Shown here piece after piece: positions 1 through 11,812 of a DNA stretch of 64,000 nt (positions within the stretch are counted from its first letter, which is position 1; each line of letters opens with the position of its first letter). The notes beneath the pieces are model-generated. The model was given only the letters and a program-made list of their open reading frames with translations, did not search any database and had not been told where the DNA came from. Location of the stretch: the NCBI RefSeq assembly GCF_006345805.1, contig NC_043004.1, positions 85,126,001-85,190,000 of the forward strand, read 5' to 3'. The translations under genes and the position numbers were made by a program. The stretch comes from Octopus sinensis. Its lineage: Eukaryota.

Positions 1-1344
1 TTACGAAATATTTCTCCATCATAATATATGTAATGGAAAGGTTTGGGTATTTATAACAACAACATGCTGAATATCTCAATAACCACTCGTTTTATTCCGT
101 TTGTATTCACATTTCATGGACATTTTACGTTCACAGTTTTTCCCCATTATGCGCCGGTTTGGCTGTGTAACATTGCAAGGAAGCATGACTTAAGTTCATT
201 TTTAATGTAATGTAAGATATATATATATATATACTTATAGAGAGAGAGAGAGAGAGGAAAGAAAGAGATGGAGAGAGAAAGTGAGATTGACAGACAGACA
301 GAAGGAGAGGTTGATTTACTTTGAATATTGTCAGGCAATCAAAATAAGGGACCTCAATTTACGTTGATGGTTGGTGTCGCGTAAAAGGCCAGTGACGAGA
401 TAAATTCTAGTTTCCGTGAATATACATGTCTATATATGACTGTATATATCGTTTAAAGTATTTAAATACGCATGACCATGCATTTAATTCTATTTTATTT
501 GCTATCCATTGTTTTCCGTTCGTGTGTGCTTATTATCGATACACACCTCTTGCATTGTCATTCCTACATACTCTGACAATTTTTTCTAATCTCGAGAAAC
601 ATAAAGACCTCGTTAACAGTTTTTAGCCTCTTCCCGATCCATTCCTTATCTCCCTTTGTCTTCATGCTTAAGTATAATGTCTTAGACCGTCCCTCTTGCA
701 GATTTGTCAATACAGTATCCCTACTTCTAGTAAATTATTCCTATACTATCCCCTGACATACTTTCGTCCCTCTGTAGCCTGTCTTCCTCTCATCTCAATT
801 ATACTTCAGTATATCCAACGTTTCCACCCCACATTCCCCATACAATAGCCATTCTTCCAGTGGTCTATTGTTATAACCAAAAATAGCTCTGAGGAAAGTA
901 GTATTAATTTTCTTATATCTTTCAATTTACGTCAATTGATCAATAGACCAATAGAATATACCAATCAGTAAGGTATCTATAATGTCTACTAGAAACTGCT
1001 GGAAGCCAAATTTGATCCACTAAATGAAAAACATGTAATGACTGTTATTTTCCACTTGTTTATATATAGGTAAAATCTAGTTTTTGTATGAGACCATCAA
1101 CGGATTTGCGATACAGATTTGTGATGAACCATAACATGGGAATATATGAAGCGAGCACTAGGAGTTCTTTACTAATATAAATAATATTGTTAGTATGGTG
1201 TGCTAACAGAGAGCTCATGAAGTATTTTCTCGGACAGAGCAAAATATGTGTTAACTACTTCTTTATATGTTATATATATATATATATATATACACAAACA
1301 CACACACAGGGAAAGATTGAGATAGAGAGAGAGGGACTGTCCAT

Positions 1345-1384
<40 letters not shown>

Positions 1385-1436
1385 TGTGTGTTAAATGTGT
1401 GTGTGTGCGAGTGGGAGGGAGTGTGTGTGTATGTGT

Positions 1437-1478
<42 letters not shown>

Positions 1479-1699
1479 ATCGATTCGTATATGCAGAAAA
1501 TTACGGTTCCAGGAGTATGAACGTACGGAAATATTTTTATGGATATATAAGCAAAAGTTAATTTTAAATAAATTATTTTAATACATTGCTTCACTCTCAC
1601 CGTTGATCGAAAGCGAGTGTTTTTTTTTAAACATATGCAAAACGTACATCCACACTCTATAAATATGTGTTTCATGTATGTTGTGCAAGCTATATGCCA

Positions 1700-2035
1700 G
1701 AAATAAGTCCCAGAGTACAAGGCCAAAACAAATGGGAATAAGATTCGAAAGGAGAGGAAGATCCTCATGAGACGACGGACGAAGGTTGCAAATCGACTCA
1801 ACCAACATCCCAAAAGTAACGAAACGTCCCACATAAAATCAGCAGTGATGGGGATCGAAAAAAGGTTGCAACAATCTTATGTGAGGGAGGAAGCAGAAAA
1901 AGAAGCCTGGGTTATAAAAAAACATTGAGTCAAACCCGAAGGCTTTCTTTCATTACGCAAAAGAAACAGCCTCAGTACGCTGCAAGATAGGACCACTCTT
2001 CTAAGAGGATGGGTCCCTCACAGTGAGTCCAACGA
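1700..2035 (+). mobile_element. CR1/L2-group LINE fragment (endonuclease-RT linker region), frameshifted
   Basis: Manual translation gives NKIRKERKILMRRRTKVANRL, then after frameshifts IEKRLQQSYVREE and SNPKAFFHYAKETASVRCKIGPLL. The NPKxFxxYxK...IGPL pattern is typical of CR1/L2/Jockey-group ORF2 upstream of RT. Confidence 0.55.
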
Positions 2036-2172
2036 TATATATAAATGTGCATATGCATACATACATAGTTATATATACATATATATATTTTACATATATA
2101 TATATATTAGCATAGGCTAATATCTATTTATTTATCTTTTATTATCAGTTTATGTATATGTATATATATATA

Positions 2173-4200
2173 TTGGTTGGCATCCTTTTCGTCTCGGGAG
2201 ACAATGGAGTTGCGCATAAAATAGTCCAGTCCGGCTTTTACATTTCATGTCCTGATACATTCCCTGCTGTGGCTGTGTAGTCCTATCCTGGACAAACACT
2301 CCCTCTGGCAGGTACCGCAAATGTAGCGAACACTATTCCTGGCTGGTTGTAGTGTCATAGTTTCTTGTTGACGTCTTTTCTTGTCTTTCCATTTCTCCTC
2401 TCTCTCTCACTGTCACTCTTTTGTATTCCCTCTTTTACGGTACGTCGCCAATCCCCACGGTTGCTGGAAATTGCTTCCCAACTGCTAATATTGATGTTGC
2501 AGGCCTTCATGTCCCTTTTGCAAACATCCTTGTAACGTAAGAACGATCTATCCACAGACCTAGTGCCCCTAGCAAGCTCTCCGTAGAGTACGTCCTTGGG
2601 GATTCTGCCATCTTTCATACGGCTAACATGCCCAAGCCATCTCATACGTCTTTGTGTGAGGAGTGCAAACATGCTTGGTATTCCTGCTTGCTTGAGGACA
2701 TCTATGTTGGGTTATGATTCTGCCATTTATTGCGGAGGATTTTCCGGAGGCAGCGCAGGTGAAAGTTGTTTAGGCGACGCTCTAGGCGTGTGTATAGCGT
2801 CCAAGTCTCACTTTCATACAGTAGAGTGCTAAGTACACATGCCTGGTAGATATTCATTTTCGTGGTCTTGGTCAGCTTATTGTTGTCCCATGCCCGTTTG
2901 GAGAGTTGGACCATCGCAGCAGCTGCCTTGCCAATGGGTATATTGAGCTCAGCGTCAAGGGATAGGTTGTAGGTGACGGTAGAGCCAAGATATGTAAACT
3001 TCTCCACCTCCTGTAATCTGTTGTCTCCAATATGTATGTTTGGGATGTCCGATGTAGCCTGACCCATGATGTTGGTCTTCTTAAGGCTGATAGCTAAGCC
3101 ATAGTCGTTACATGCTTGCTCAAAACAGTTAATGAGCCTTTGGAGGGCTTCTTCAGTGTGTGATACCAGAGCGGCATCATCAGCAAGTAGCATCTCCTTG
3201 ATCAGGACGTTTCTGATTTTGGTCTAGGCACGCAGGCGCGAGAGATTGAACAGTTTCCCGTCACTTCTACTGTGCAGAAACACTCCATCATCTGATGTCT
3301 GAAAGGCATGTGAGAGCAAGAGCGAGAAGAAAATGCCAAATAATGTAGGAGCGAGGACACAACCTTGCTTTACCCCGTTTTCTTTTTTATTTGGAAGGCG
3401 GCTGATGTTGAACCATTGTGCTGTATGGTGCCTTGCATATCATCATGGAAAGAATTGATGATCCTCAGCAGCTTTGGTGGACATCCGATTTTTTGGAGCA
3501 GGATGAAGAGGCCTTTTCTACTTACCGAGTCAAATGCCTTTGTTAGATCAATGAAGGCCATATATAATGGCATGTTCTGCTCTCTGGACTTCTGAAGTTG
3601 GCGTATGGAGAATATCATATCAATAGTTGATCTGCTTCTTCTAAAGCCACACTGCGATTCCGGATAGATTCGAGAAGCAAGTAGTTGTAGCCTGGTCAGG
3701 ATAACGCGAGCAAAGGTCTTTCCAACAGTGCTTCCAAGGTAATTGTTACAATCACCACGGTCATCTTTGGTTTTGTAAAGCGTAATGATGTTTTTCATCT
3801 CGCATATCCTGAGGGGCTGTACCCTCTTCCCAGCACTGACACAGAAGCTCATGAAGGTGCCGAAGCGGGATGGTGTTTTGCCGGCTTTGATGATCTCTGA
3901 GGGGATGCCGTCTTTTCCCGGAGCCTTGTTACTTGCTAGGGAGTCAATAGCCTTGGTGAGCTCTGCTATATATGGCGGACTGTCAAGTTCGCACATGACT
4001 GGCAAGATCTTGACACTCTCGATTGCAGCCTCAGCTAATGTAGTCTCCCGTGAGTAGAGAACCTGGTAGTGCTCCACCCATCTATCCATTTGCTTGCTTT
4101 GATACCTGATGAGATCTCCAGTACTTGATTTCAGAGGGGCCGACTTGGTTGCGGATTGACCGAGGGCCTTCTTCCAACCGGCATACATCACACGGGTGTC
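2173..4200 (-). mobile_element. RTE-clade (BovB-like) LINE, 3' part: RT domain, C-terminus and 3' end; disrupted
   Basis: Minus ORFs 3370-4191 (KAPGKDGIP, DCNNY, YPESQCGFRRSRSTIDMIF, AFIDLTKAFDSV), 2702-3193 (LLADDAALV, FTYLGS, VLSTLLYESETW) and 2355-2672 (RRMRWLGHVSRMKDGRIPKDVLYGEL) are RTE RT/C-terminal motifs. They are split by frameshifts. The element ends ...GGATGCCAACCAA next to (TA)n. Confidence 0.93.
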
Positions 4201-6008
4201 AAATAATAATTTAACATTACTTGAAAATGTAGTGGGTAGCGAACGTCTTCACTACTTCAGGGAGTGACGACCCTGCCTGACACGAGTTCCGGGCTGAGCT
4301 GGCTCCGGCTGACAGTACCCAGTATGGGCTCCTATCCAGGAGACAACCATCAAAGAAATCCGGAGTGGAGCCCCGAAGGCGGTTTAGTGTTCGACTCGAC
4401 ACTCTTCCGGCAGCTCCTGCAACCAAGCTGGTGCCAAAAGTAATGCTCTGCACGCCTTTGGACTACATCAGCAAGGTCGAGAGAGGAGACCTGACGATTG
4501 AGCTACCCAGGACTTTCTCATATCTAGCCCAGACCTGCGAAAAACTGGAGAGAACACTTCAGTGCTGCTGTAAAAAGCTGCAGAAACAACACGGGAGGTA
4601 ACAGTCAGATTGGCGTAAAATATGGGCGCTACGGGTTACCTCTGACGGTGGGAGGGACATCCGTGTCCTATTGGTTAGCTACTGCCCACCTCAAGCTGGG
4701 CAGCCCCCAGTTAATAAGGTGCTGACGCGCCACAGGCCGCCTGCTTTGTTGGGTGCTTGGAGCTAAGAGTATGACTTGAAAAGCGGCCTGCAACCTCTGC
4801 ACCAGGCAAACAACTAAAAAATAAGAAACTACCAGTCCTGCGGTTGGCAAGCTGGAATGTCAGGACCATGTGCCATGGAATATCTGATGATCTACCCAGG
4901 GTTGAAGACACAAGGAAAACGACCATCATTGACCGTGAACTAAAGAGGCTTAACATAGACATTGCTGGGCTACAGGAGACAAGACTTCCCTCAAACGGCA
5001 AACTCAAAAACAGGATTTCACCTTCATTTGGCAGGGAAGCGATCCAGAAGAACCTCGTCAGCATGGCGTTGGCTTTGGAGTGAGAAACTCATTAATCTCC
5101 TCAATAGAACCACCATCAGGAGGCACTGAGCGTATCCTCTCACTGCGCCGCTCGACTGCTTCTGGCTCAGTACATCTTCTCAGCATGTATGCTCCCATCC
5201 CACTCTCTACAGCTCAGAGGAGACCAAGGACCAGTTCTACAAAGATCTCAACTGTGCCCTAAAAAATATACCAACAACTGAAAATATCTACCTTCTAGGG
5301 GATTTTAACGCTCGCGTGGGATCTGACCATGATTCGTGGCCCATTTGTGTTGGACACTTTGGTATTAGCAACATGAATGACAATGGTCAGAGACTACTCG
5401 AATTCTGCACATACCATAACCTGTGCATCACAAACACATTCTTTACCAAGAAGCCATCCCACAAGGCATCTTGGAGACATCCAAGATCTCACCACTGGCA
5501 TCAGCTGGATCTCATCATTACACGGAGATCCTTTCTGGATTCTGTTCTACAGACCCTCAGTTACCACAGCGCGGATTGTGACACGGACCACTCACTTATT
5601 AGAAGTAGGGTGAGGATTCTGCCTAAAAAAGTTCATCGCTCCAAAAAAGTGGGCCGACCACGCATTAACACTGCCAGAACCTCGCACTCTACACTATGAA
5701 AATGTTTTGCTGCTTCTATCAAGGTTGCCCTCAGTAGCTGCCCAACCTCCTCTGCTGAATGTAGGTGGAATTATATCGGAGAAGCTTTGTATACCACATC
5801 AATAGATACTTTCAGCATGAGAGAAAGGCAAAACCCAGATCGGTTCAATGCTGGGCTCTCAGAGCTGGAGCCAGTTATCGAAGCAAAGCGTGCAGAATTC
5901 AGAAAGGCAAGAAATAAAACCCAACTGACAGCCAGACGCTGTGCTAATAGGTATTGACAGGAAATATGTCAGAGTATCCAGTCGTCTGCTGCTAGGGGCG
6001 ACACCCGT
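4201..6008 (+). mobile_element. Same RTE-clade LINE, 5' part (5' UTR + APE endonuclease), in opposite orientation; disrupted
   Basis: Plus ORFs 4844-5083 (LASWNVRTM, DIAGLQETRL) and 5316-5699 (GDFNARVG upstream; LCITNTFF, SWRHPRSHHWHQLDLII, DCDTDHSLI) are APE motifs. The frame continues to ARRCANRY*QEICQSIQSSAARGDTR, which joins DTRVMYAG at the start of the minus segment. The exact 5' boundary within 4201-4240 is uncertain. Confidence 0.92.
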
Positions 6009-6011
6009 AAT

Positions 6012-6060
<49 letters not shown>

Positions 6061-6106
6061 TATGTGGTGTGTCAGAATATATATGTGGTATATATATATA
6101 TATATG

Positions 6107-6160
<54 letters not shown>

Positions 6161-6615
6161 TTATATACATAAACACACACACAAACACACATATACGCGT
6201 ACACTCATGCACATACAACCACACACATGCACTGCCACACATACATATAAATATTTGCCTATTGCCAACCAAGTCGTATTGGCTTATCGAGTTATACAAC
6301 TAAACAAGTGAAAGTTGAATGGATAAATATATATGTATGTGTGTGTGTGTCTATATATATATTATATATATATAATATATATATATATATATTATATATA
6401 CATATATGTATGTATGAATATGTATATATATAATATATATATATATAATATATATATATATATAATATATATATATATACACACACAAAGCACGGAAAAA
6501 GCACAATTCAATAGGCGAAGCAGTAACAAAAGCCAACTTATTTGTAAATTGTCTGCAATACAGAATTAGTTATTTCGTTAGTTTCGTTATTCATTTTTTC
6601 GCTGTTCTTTTCCGT

Positions 6616-6655
<40 letters not shown>

Positions 6656-6766
6656 AACAGAAACACACACACACACACATACACACAAACACACACACAC
6701 AAACACACACACACACAAACACACACACACATACACACGCAAACACACACACACACACATACACAC

Positions 6767-6800
<34 letters not shown>
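6009..6800. repeat. Compound microsatellites (TA)n, (GA)n, (CA)n/(CAAA)
   Basis: Directly visible tracts at about 6009-6160, 6330-6490 and 6617-6797. Confidence 0.95.
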
Positions 6801-6802
<2 letters not shown>

Positions 6803-7149
6803 TACTGATATATATATGTTTTATTATCTTTTTTCTTCAACCCAAATAAAATGTGCAATAGGAAATATAGATTATATACGAATCATCATATATTTTTCTG
6901 TTATTTTCGATTTTATCGATGTGCTGGTGAGTTTTTCATTCTGTTTTTTTTTTCTCTTCTTCTTTTCTTTGGGGATGCGTGGATTGTTTTTATTTCATTT
7001 CATTTATCATTTTCGTTACGATATTTCTTTTGTTCTGGGTTTTGTTTGATACTAAGATTCATTGTTTAACTCTCATAAGTATATGTCTATATATGCGTGA
7101 GTTTGTGTTACGTCTCTGTGCGCTTCTGAGCATCCTTGCACCTCTTCAT

Positions 7150-7424
7150 ATGTATGTATGTACGAATGTATGTATAGATGCCTTTATGTATGTATGTATG
7201 TATGTATGTATGTATGTATGTATGTACGTATGTATATATATATGTATATATATATATGTTTACATATACAAGTATACGTATATAAGTATAAATATATACT
7301 TGTGTGTTTTTATGTGTGTGTATGTATATATATATATATATATATATGTATGCGTGCATGTATGTATGCATGATTGTACATATATGCGTATAATATATAT
7401 ATATAGAGAGAGAGAGAGAGATAG

Positions 7425-7479
<55 letters not shown>

Positions 7480-7704
7480 ATCATCATCATCATCACATAC
7501 AATAATTTGCACATAGCCACGAACCAAAGTGTGTGAGTTTCCGTCTGTGTGTGTGTCAGTTCGTTTACTCTCGCGTGTCAGCGTCCGATGTATTAATGCA
7601 CTCACATAGACATACACCTATACTTAGATACACGCTTACATGCAAACACAAAGATACACGTCCACAAACACGTACACCTACATACACACAGACAGACACA
7701 CACT

Positions 7705-7735
<31 letters not shown>

Positions 7736-8331
7736 GTATATATATACGTGTATAATCGTGCGTGAGTTTATTAGCAACAGACGATTTCATTTTCGAAAAT
7801 CAACCTACAAATATATTATCATCATATCTTATTATCGCATTATTATTTCTGCACGTGTCATGTTTTCGTTTACGTGACTTTACAAACATAATTCGTTTGA
7901 GTAAATGTTTGTATACACTGCATTTCACTGCAAATAAATATTTGCTTATGGATGTCTTCCTACTATTTGTCTTTAATCGTTACGAATCACATAGGTTTAC
8001 TCTCGTTAATAACACTTAAAGTATTGAAGGAAGTCGATTGTTCTCTTTTCCGTTATTGGTGTCCATATTTTCCAACGTATTTTACCAAATTAGAAAATAT
8101 TTTATTTGTTATTTCCTTTGAAATGTTTCTGCACATTATCGATGAAATACTTAGAAATCATTTACAAAGAAGACATTAGTCAATGCAAGGATATATGTGT
8201 GTATGTTTACACACACACACACACACACACACCCATACACACATACATATATATGCCTGTGTGAGATTGTATTATATAGATGCTTTCTCATACATATATT
8301 CCTCTATATGTATACATATATATATATATGC

Positions 8332-8367
<36 letters not shown>

Positions 8368-8403
8368 ATTACATATATATTCATATATATGCTTATATAC
8401 ATT

Positions 8404-8447
<44 letters not shown>

Positions 8448-8519
8448 ATATGCACATATATATACATATGCGTGATTATATGAATATCTGTATGTATATA
8501 TATAATATATATATATGTA

Positions 8520-8575
<56 letters not shown>

Positions 8576-8748
8576 TACATGTACCTATCAGTGTGTGTAT
8601 GTGTGATGAAAAAGGCAAATGGACCACGCCAATTTCAGGCTATTGTTTCTGTCACTCGCTTATCACACTCATTTCGTACTCATCTATATGACCATCTAAC
8701 TTTTTAATTCTCTCTCTCTCCCTCCCTCTCTCCCTCCCTCTCTCCCCC

Positions 8749-8820
<72 letters not shown>
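7150..8820. repeat. Microsatellite-rich interval: (TATG)n, (TA)n, (CA)n, (CT)n
   Basis: Visible tracts at 7150-7500, 7690-7745, 8195-8600 and 8710-8820, with short unique spacers. Confidence 0.9.
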
Positions 8821-8825
<5 letters not shown>

Positions 8826-9214
8826 TGTGTTTATATTATTTTCATGTATCGTCGTTAGTTAGCTGTAAAATTATTCATTTATTCTGATGCCGAACAGTTA
8901 TATACTAATTACGAAGCAAATCCGAAAATAGCCTATATTGGAGCCAGTCTCAACTGATGGTGCAACGGGAATTGCCAAAACTGAGGTCAGTATTTATACT
9001 CGATGGGCATTTTGGGGACGATTAAGGCCCTGTAAACGTATATATTTATATTTAGTTGCGCTAACTACACCATTAGAGCTTTTTAGCTCTTATTTCTAGT
9101 ATCGTAGATGCTTCTAACACCCTGATCACATTTAGCAATAGTTTTATATATATATATATATATATTCTTTATTTTCTTTTTATTTTCTCTCCTTGTTTCT
9201 TTCTGCCTTCCTTT

Positions 9215-10430
9215 TTGAGGAAGGGCGTGGGCTCGTACTTGAAGAATTCCACCCACTTCACCGAATTGATCAAGAATCAAGACTACCCCCATTGAATTCA
9301 ACCAGATGATGAGTCTAGAAATGATAAGTCTGTTCACCAAACTGCCAACTGATGAAGCACTATCGGCGATTCAAGAAAAACTAGTTACCGATACCCATCT
9401 AAAAAAACGCAATAGCAGACCAATAAGAAACTTGATAGGAATGTTAACCTTCTATGTAGAAACTATCTACTTCAGCATGGACCTTGATATATATCAACAA
9501 GATGAGTGTTTAGCTATAGTTTCACCATTATCACTGATGATAGCCAATATATACACGGAATACTTTGAGAATTTGACTTTAGGATCATTACTACTAAAAC
9601 CAACCATATGGCTGCGATACGTTGATGACACCTTCATACTCTGGCCCCACCAGGATGATGTTCAAATGCTGCTAGATCTTGTGAACTCAATAACGCCATT
9701 CGTACAGTTCACAATGGAAAAAGAAAAAGACAATTAGCTAGAGTTCCTGGACGTATTAATAACGCGCACCAAGTATGAATTCAGGACATCCCTATACAGC
9801 AAGCAATGAATATAAGTAGCGGTTGTGATACCCACCACGAAGAAATGATCAAGCTCAGTAACAATCTTTTAAGCAACAACTAACCCAAAAGCATACTCTC
9901 CTCTCTAATTATGAAGAAAAGAGAGGATGAAACCGATAAACTGTCCACAGTCTGTCTACCCTATGTGAGAGGCCTCTCCGAAAAGATACAAAAGATATGC
10001 GGCCCATATGACATCAGTACAGTATTCAAGTATAATACAACACTTCGCAAATATCTCCTTTGAATAAAACTACCAATAGAAGAGAATATGACCAAGAACT
10101 GTGTGTACTCCATTCCATGCAGCTGTGGTAGGTTATACGAAGACGAAACATACCGCTCCCTCAAAATAAGGGTCGAGGAACATCGCAAAGCTGTGACACT
10201 GGGAAATATTGAATAATCGCTTATATCAGATATTGTATGATAAAAGGGAGATCACCTCTACCTGTGGCATGAAGCTAAAATAATAGAACTAGAAAACCAC
10301 TAGGATTTATGAAAACTAAAAGAAGTATCACATATGCTAGGACACAACAACGTCCCAAGCAAATCGAGAGCAGATATGAACTGCATATGGGAACCGGTAT
10401 TAAGGAGGGATAAGAGAATATTAGATATAT
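9215..10430 (+). mobile_element. Penelope-like element fragment (RT + GIY-YIG endonuclease), decayed
   Basis: SYLKNSTHFTELIK; ORF 9306-9737 with ISLFTKLP and WLRYVDDTFILW, then FTMEKEKDN*LEFLDVLI. Downstream are TVCLPYVRGLSEKIQKIC and KNCVYSIPCSCGRLYEDETYRSLKIRVEEH, the PLE-type GIY-YIG. Contains stops and frameshifts. Confidence 0.9.
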
Positions 10431-10459
10431 AAGCCCTAAAAATGCACTCCTTAATTGCC

Positions 10460-10537
10460 CACTGGCATAAGGCATAGTGGTTAAACGCGTGGGCTACTAA
10501 CCCCAAGATTCCGAGTTCGATTCGAGATAGTGACCTT
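10460..10537 (+). mobile_element. Short tRNA-derived SINE head followed by (TAA)n(GAA)n
   Basis: A-box-like GCATAGTGGTTAA and B-box-like GAGTTCGATTC, with no acceptor-stem closure or CCA. It runs directly into triplet repeats 10538-10610. Confidence 0.6.
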
Positions 10538-10548
10538 AATAATAATAA

Positions 10549-10579
<31 letters not shown>

Positions 10580-10611
10580 AAGAAGAAGAAGAAGAAGAAA
10601 TAATAATAAGA

Positions 10612-11560
10612 AGAAAAGGAAGAAACAACAAAAGCTATAAAACAAATGAAATCCAAACTAAAAACAGAACAGCAACGAACCATGATAAAACGATGGCAAG
10701 AAAAGCCCCTTCATGGTAAATACTGCACTAAACTAAACGCAAAAGAAATAGACAAAGAAAAATCCCAGCAATGGTTGAGAAGCTCAGAACTCAAAGCAGA
10801 AACAGAGGGATTTTTAATTGCAGCACAAGACCAAAGCCTCCCCACCAGCAATTACCAAAAACATGTAATGAAGAGAAATATAACAAGTAACTGCAGAATA
10901 TGTGGAGATGGACAAGAAACAATAAATCATATTATCTCTGGCTGCCCAGTCCTAGCTAAGAAGGAATATATTCACAGACATGACAGAGTTGGAACCTACA
11001 TACACTGGAAGCTATGCCAACATTATGGAATAACAGCAAAGAAAAGATGGTATAGGCACACACCAGAAAAGGTCACAGAAAACGAGAAAGCAACCATACT
11101 CTGGGATATGCCGATACACACAGATAGAGAAATTAAGGCCAACAGACCAGATATAGTTGTCAGAGATCATGAAGAAAAAAATGCTTTCTAATTGATGTAT
11201 CAATACCGGCAGATGACAACGTGTCTCTAAAAGAAATGGAGAAACTTTCAAAATACAAATACCTGGAAATAGAGGTAACCAGAATGTGGAATCTAAAAAC
11301 AGAAACAATTCCTATCATAGTAGGTGCATTAGGCATGATAAAAAAATATTCAGACAAATACATAACAAAAACACCAGGACTTACAAACACATATAACATA
11401 CAGAAAATTGCACTACTAGGCACTGCACACACACTACGCAGAACACTTTCCATACAATAACCATCACAGTATCACAGCAAATCACAGCACATACCTAAGG
11501 CACACAGAGCTGCGCTCGGTAGTGAAGTGAAAGCACGCTATAAAAATAAAACTACTGAAT
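10612..11560 (+). mobile_element. R4/Dong-like non-LTR retrotransposon, 5'-truncated (CCHC knuckle + restriction-like endonuclease + 3' UTR)
   Basis: ORF 10646-11191: QDQSLPT, CRICGDGQETINHIISGC (CCHC), HDRVG, WDMPIHTD, NRPDIVV. After a frameshift: IDVSIP and ORF 11221-11460 EKLSKYKYLE, IPIIVGALG. This is a PD-(D/E)xK RLE. The 3' end runs into (TAA)n at 11562-11624. Confidence 0.9.
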
Positions 11561-11561
11561 G

Positions 11562-11628
<67 letters not shown>

Positions 11629-11684
11629 CAACAACATCGAAAAACACCTTAGGAATGACAACCCAGGTTCGAAATTTCCCCATT

Positions 11685-11812
11685 AATGCTATACTGCAGA
11701 GACCGCAATAGGTGGAAATCCGAACTAGCAATATCCGGTGAATATGGTGGGTGGAGTAACCCATCCCAGCTGAGCTGCAGCAATTTTTGTTTGGTTCCCA
11801 AAGCATCAAGTT
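11685..11812 (-). mobile_element. Mariner transposase fragment
   Basis: Minus translation TKQKLLQLSWDGLLHPPYSPDIASSDFHLLRS matches the mariner HPPYSPDLAPSDF/YHLF motif. Confidence 0.8.

Noticed and set aside
10460-10537. tRNA genes suggested by A/B-box motifs here and at other SINE heads
   Set aside because: No complete cloverleaf or acceptor stem; the motifs continue into SINE bodies or triplet tails.
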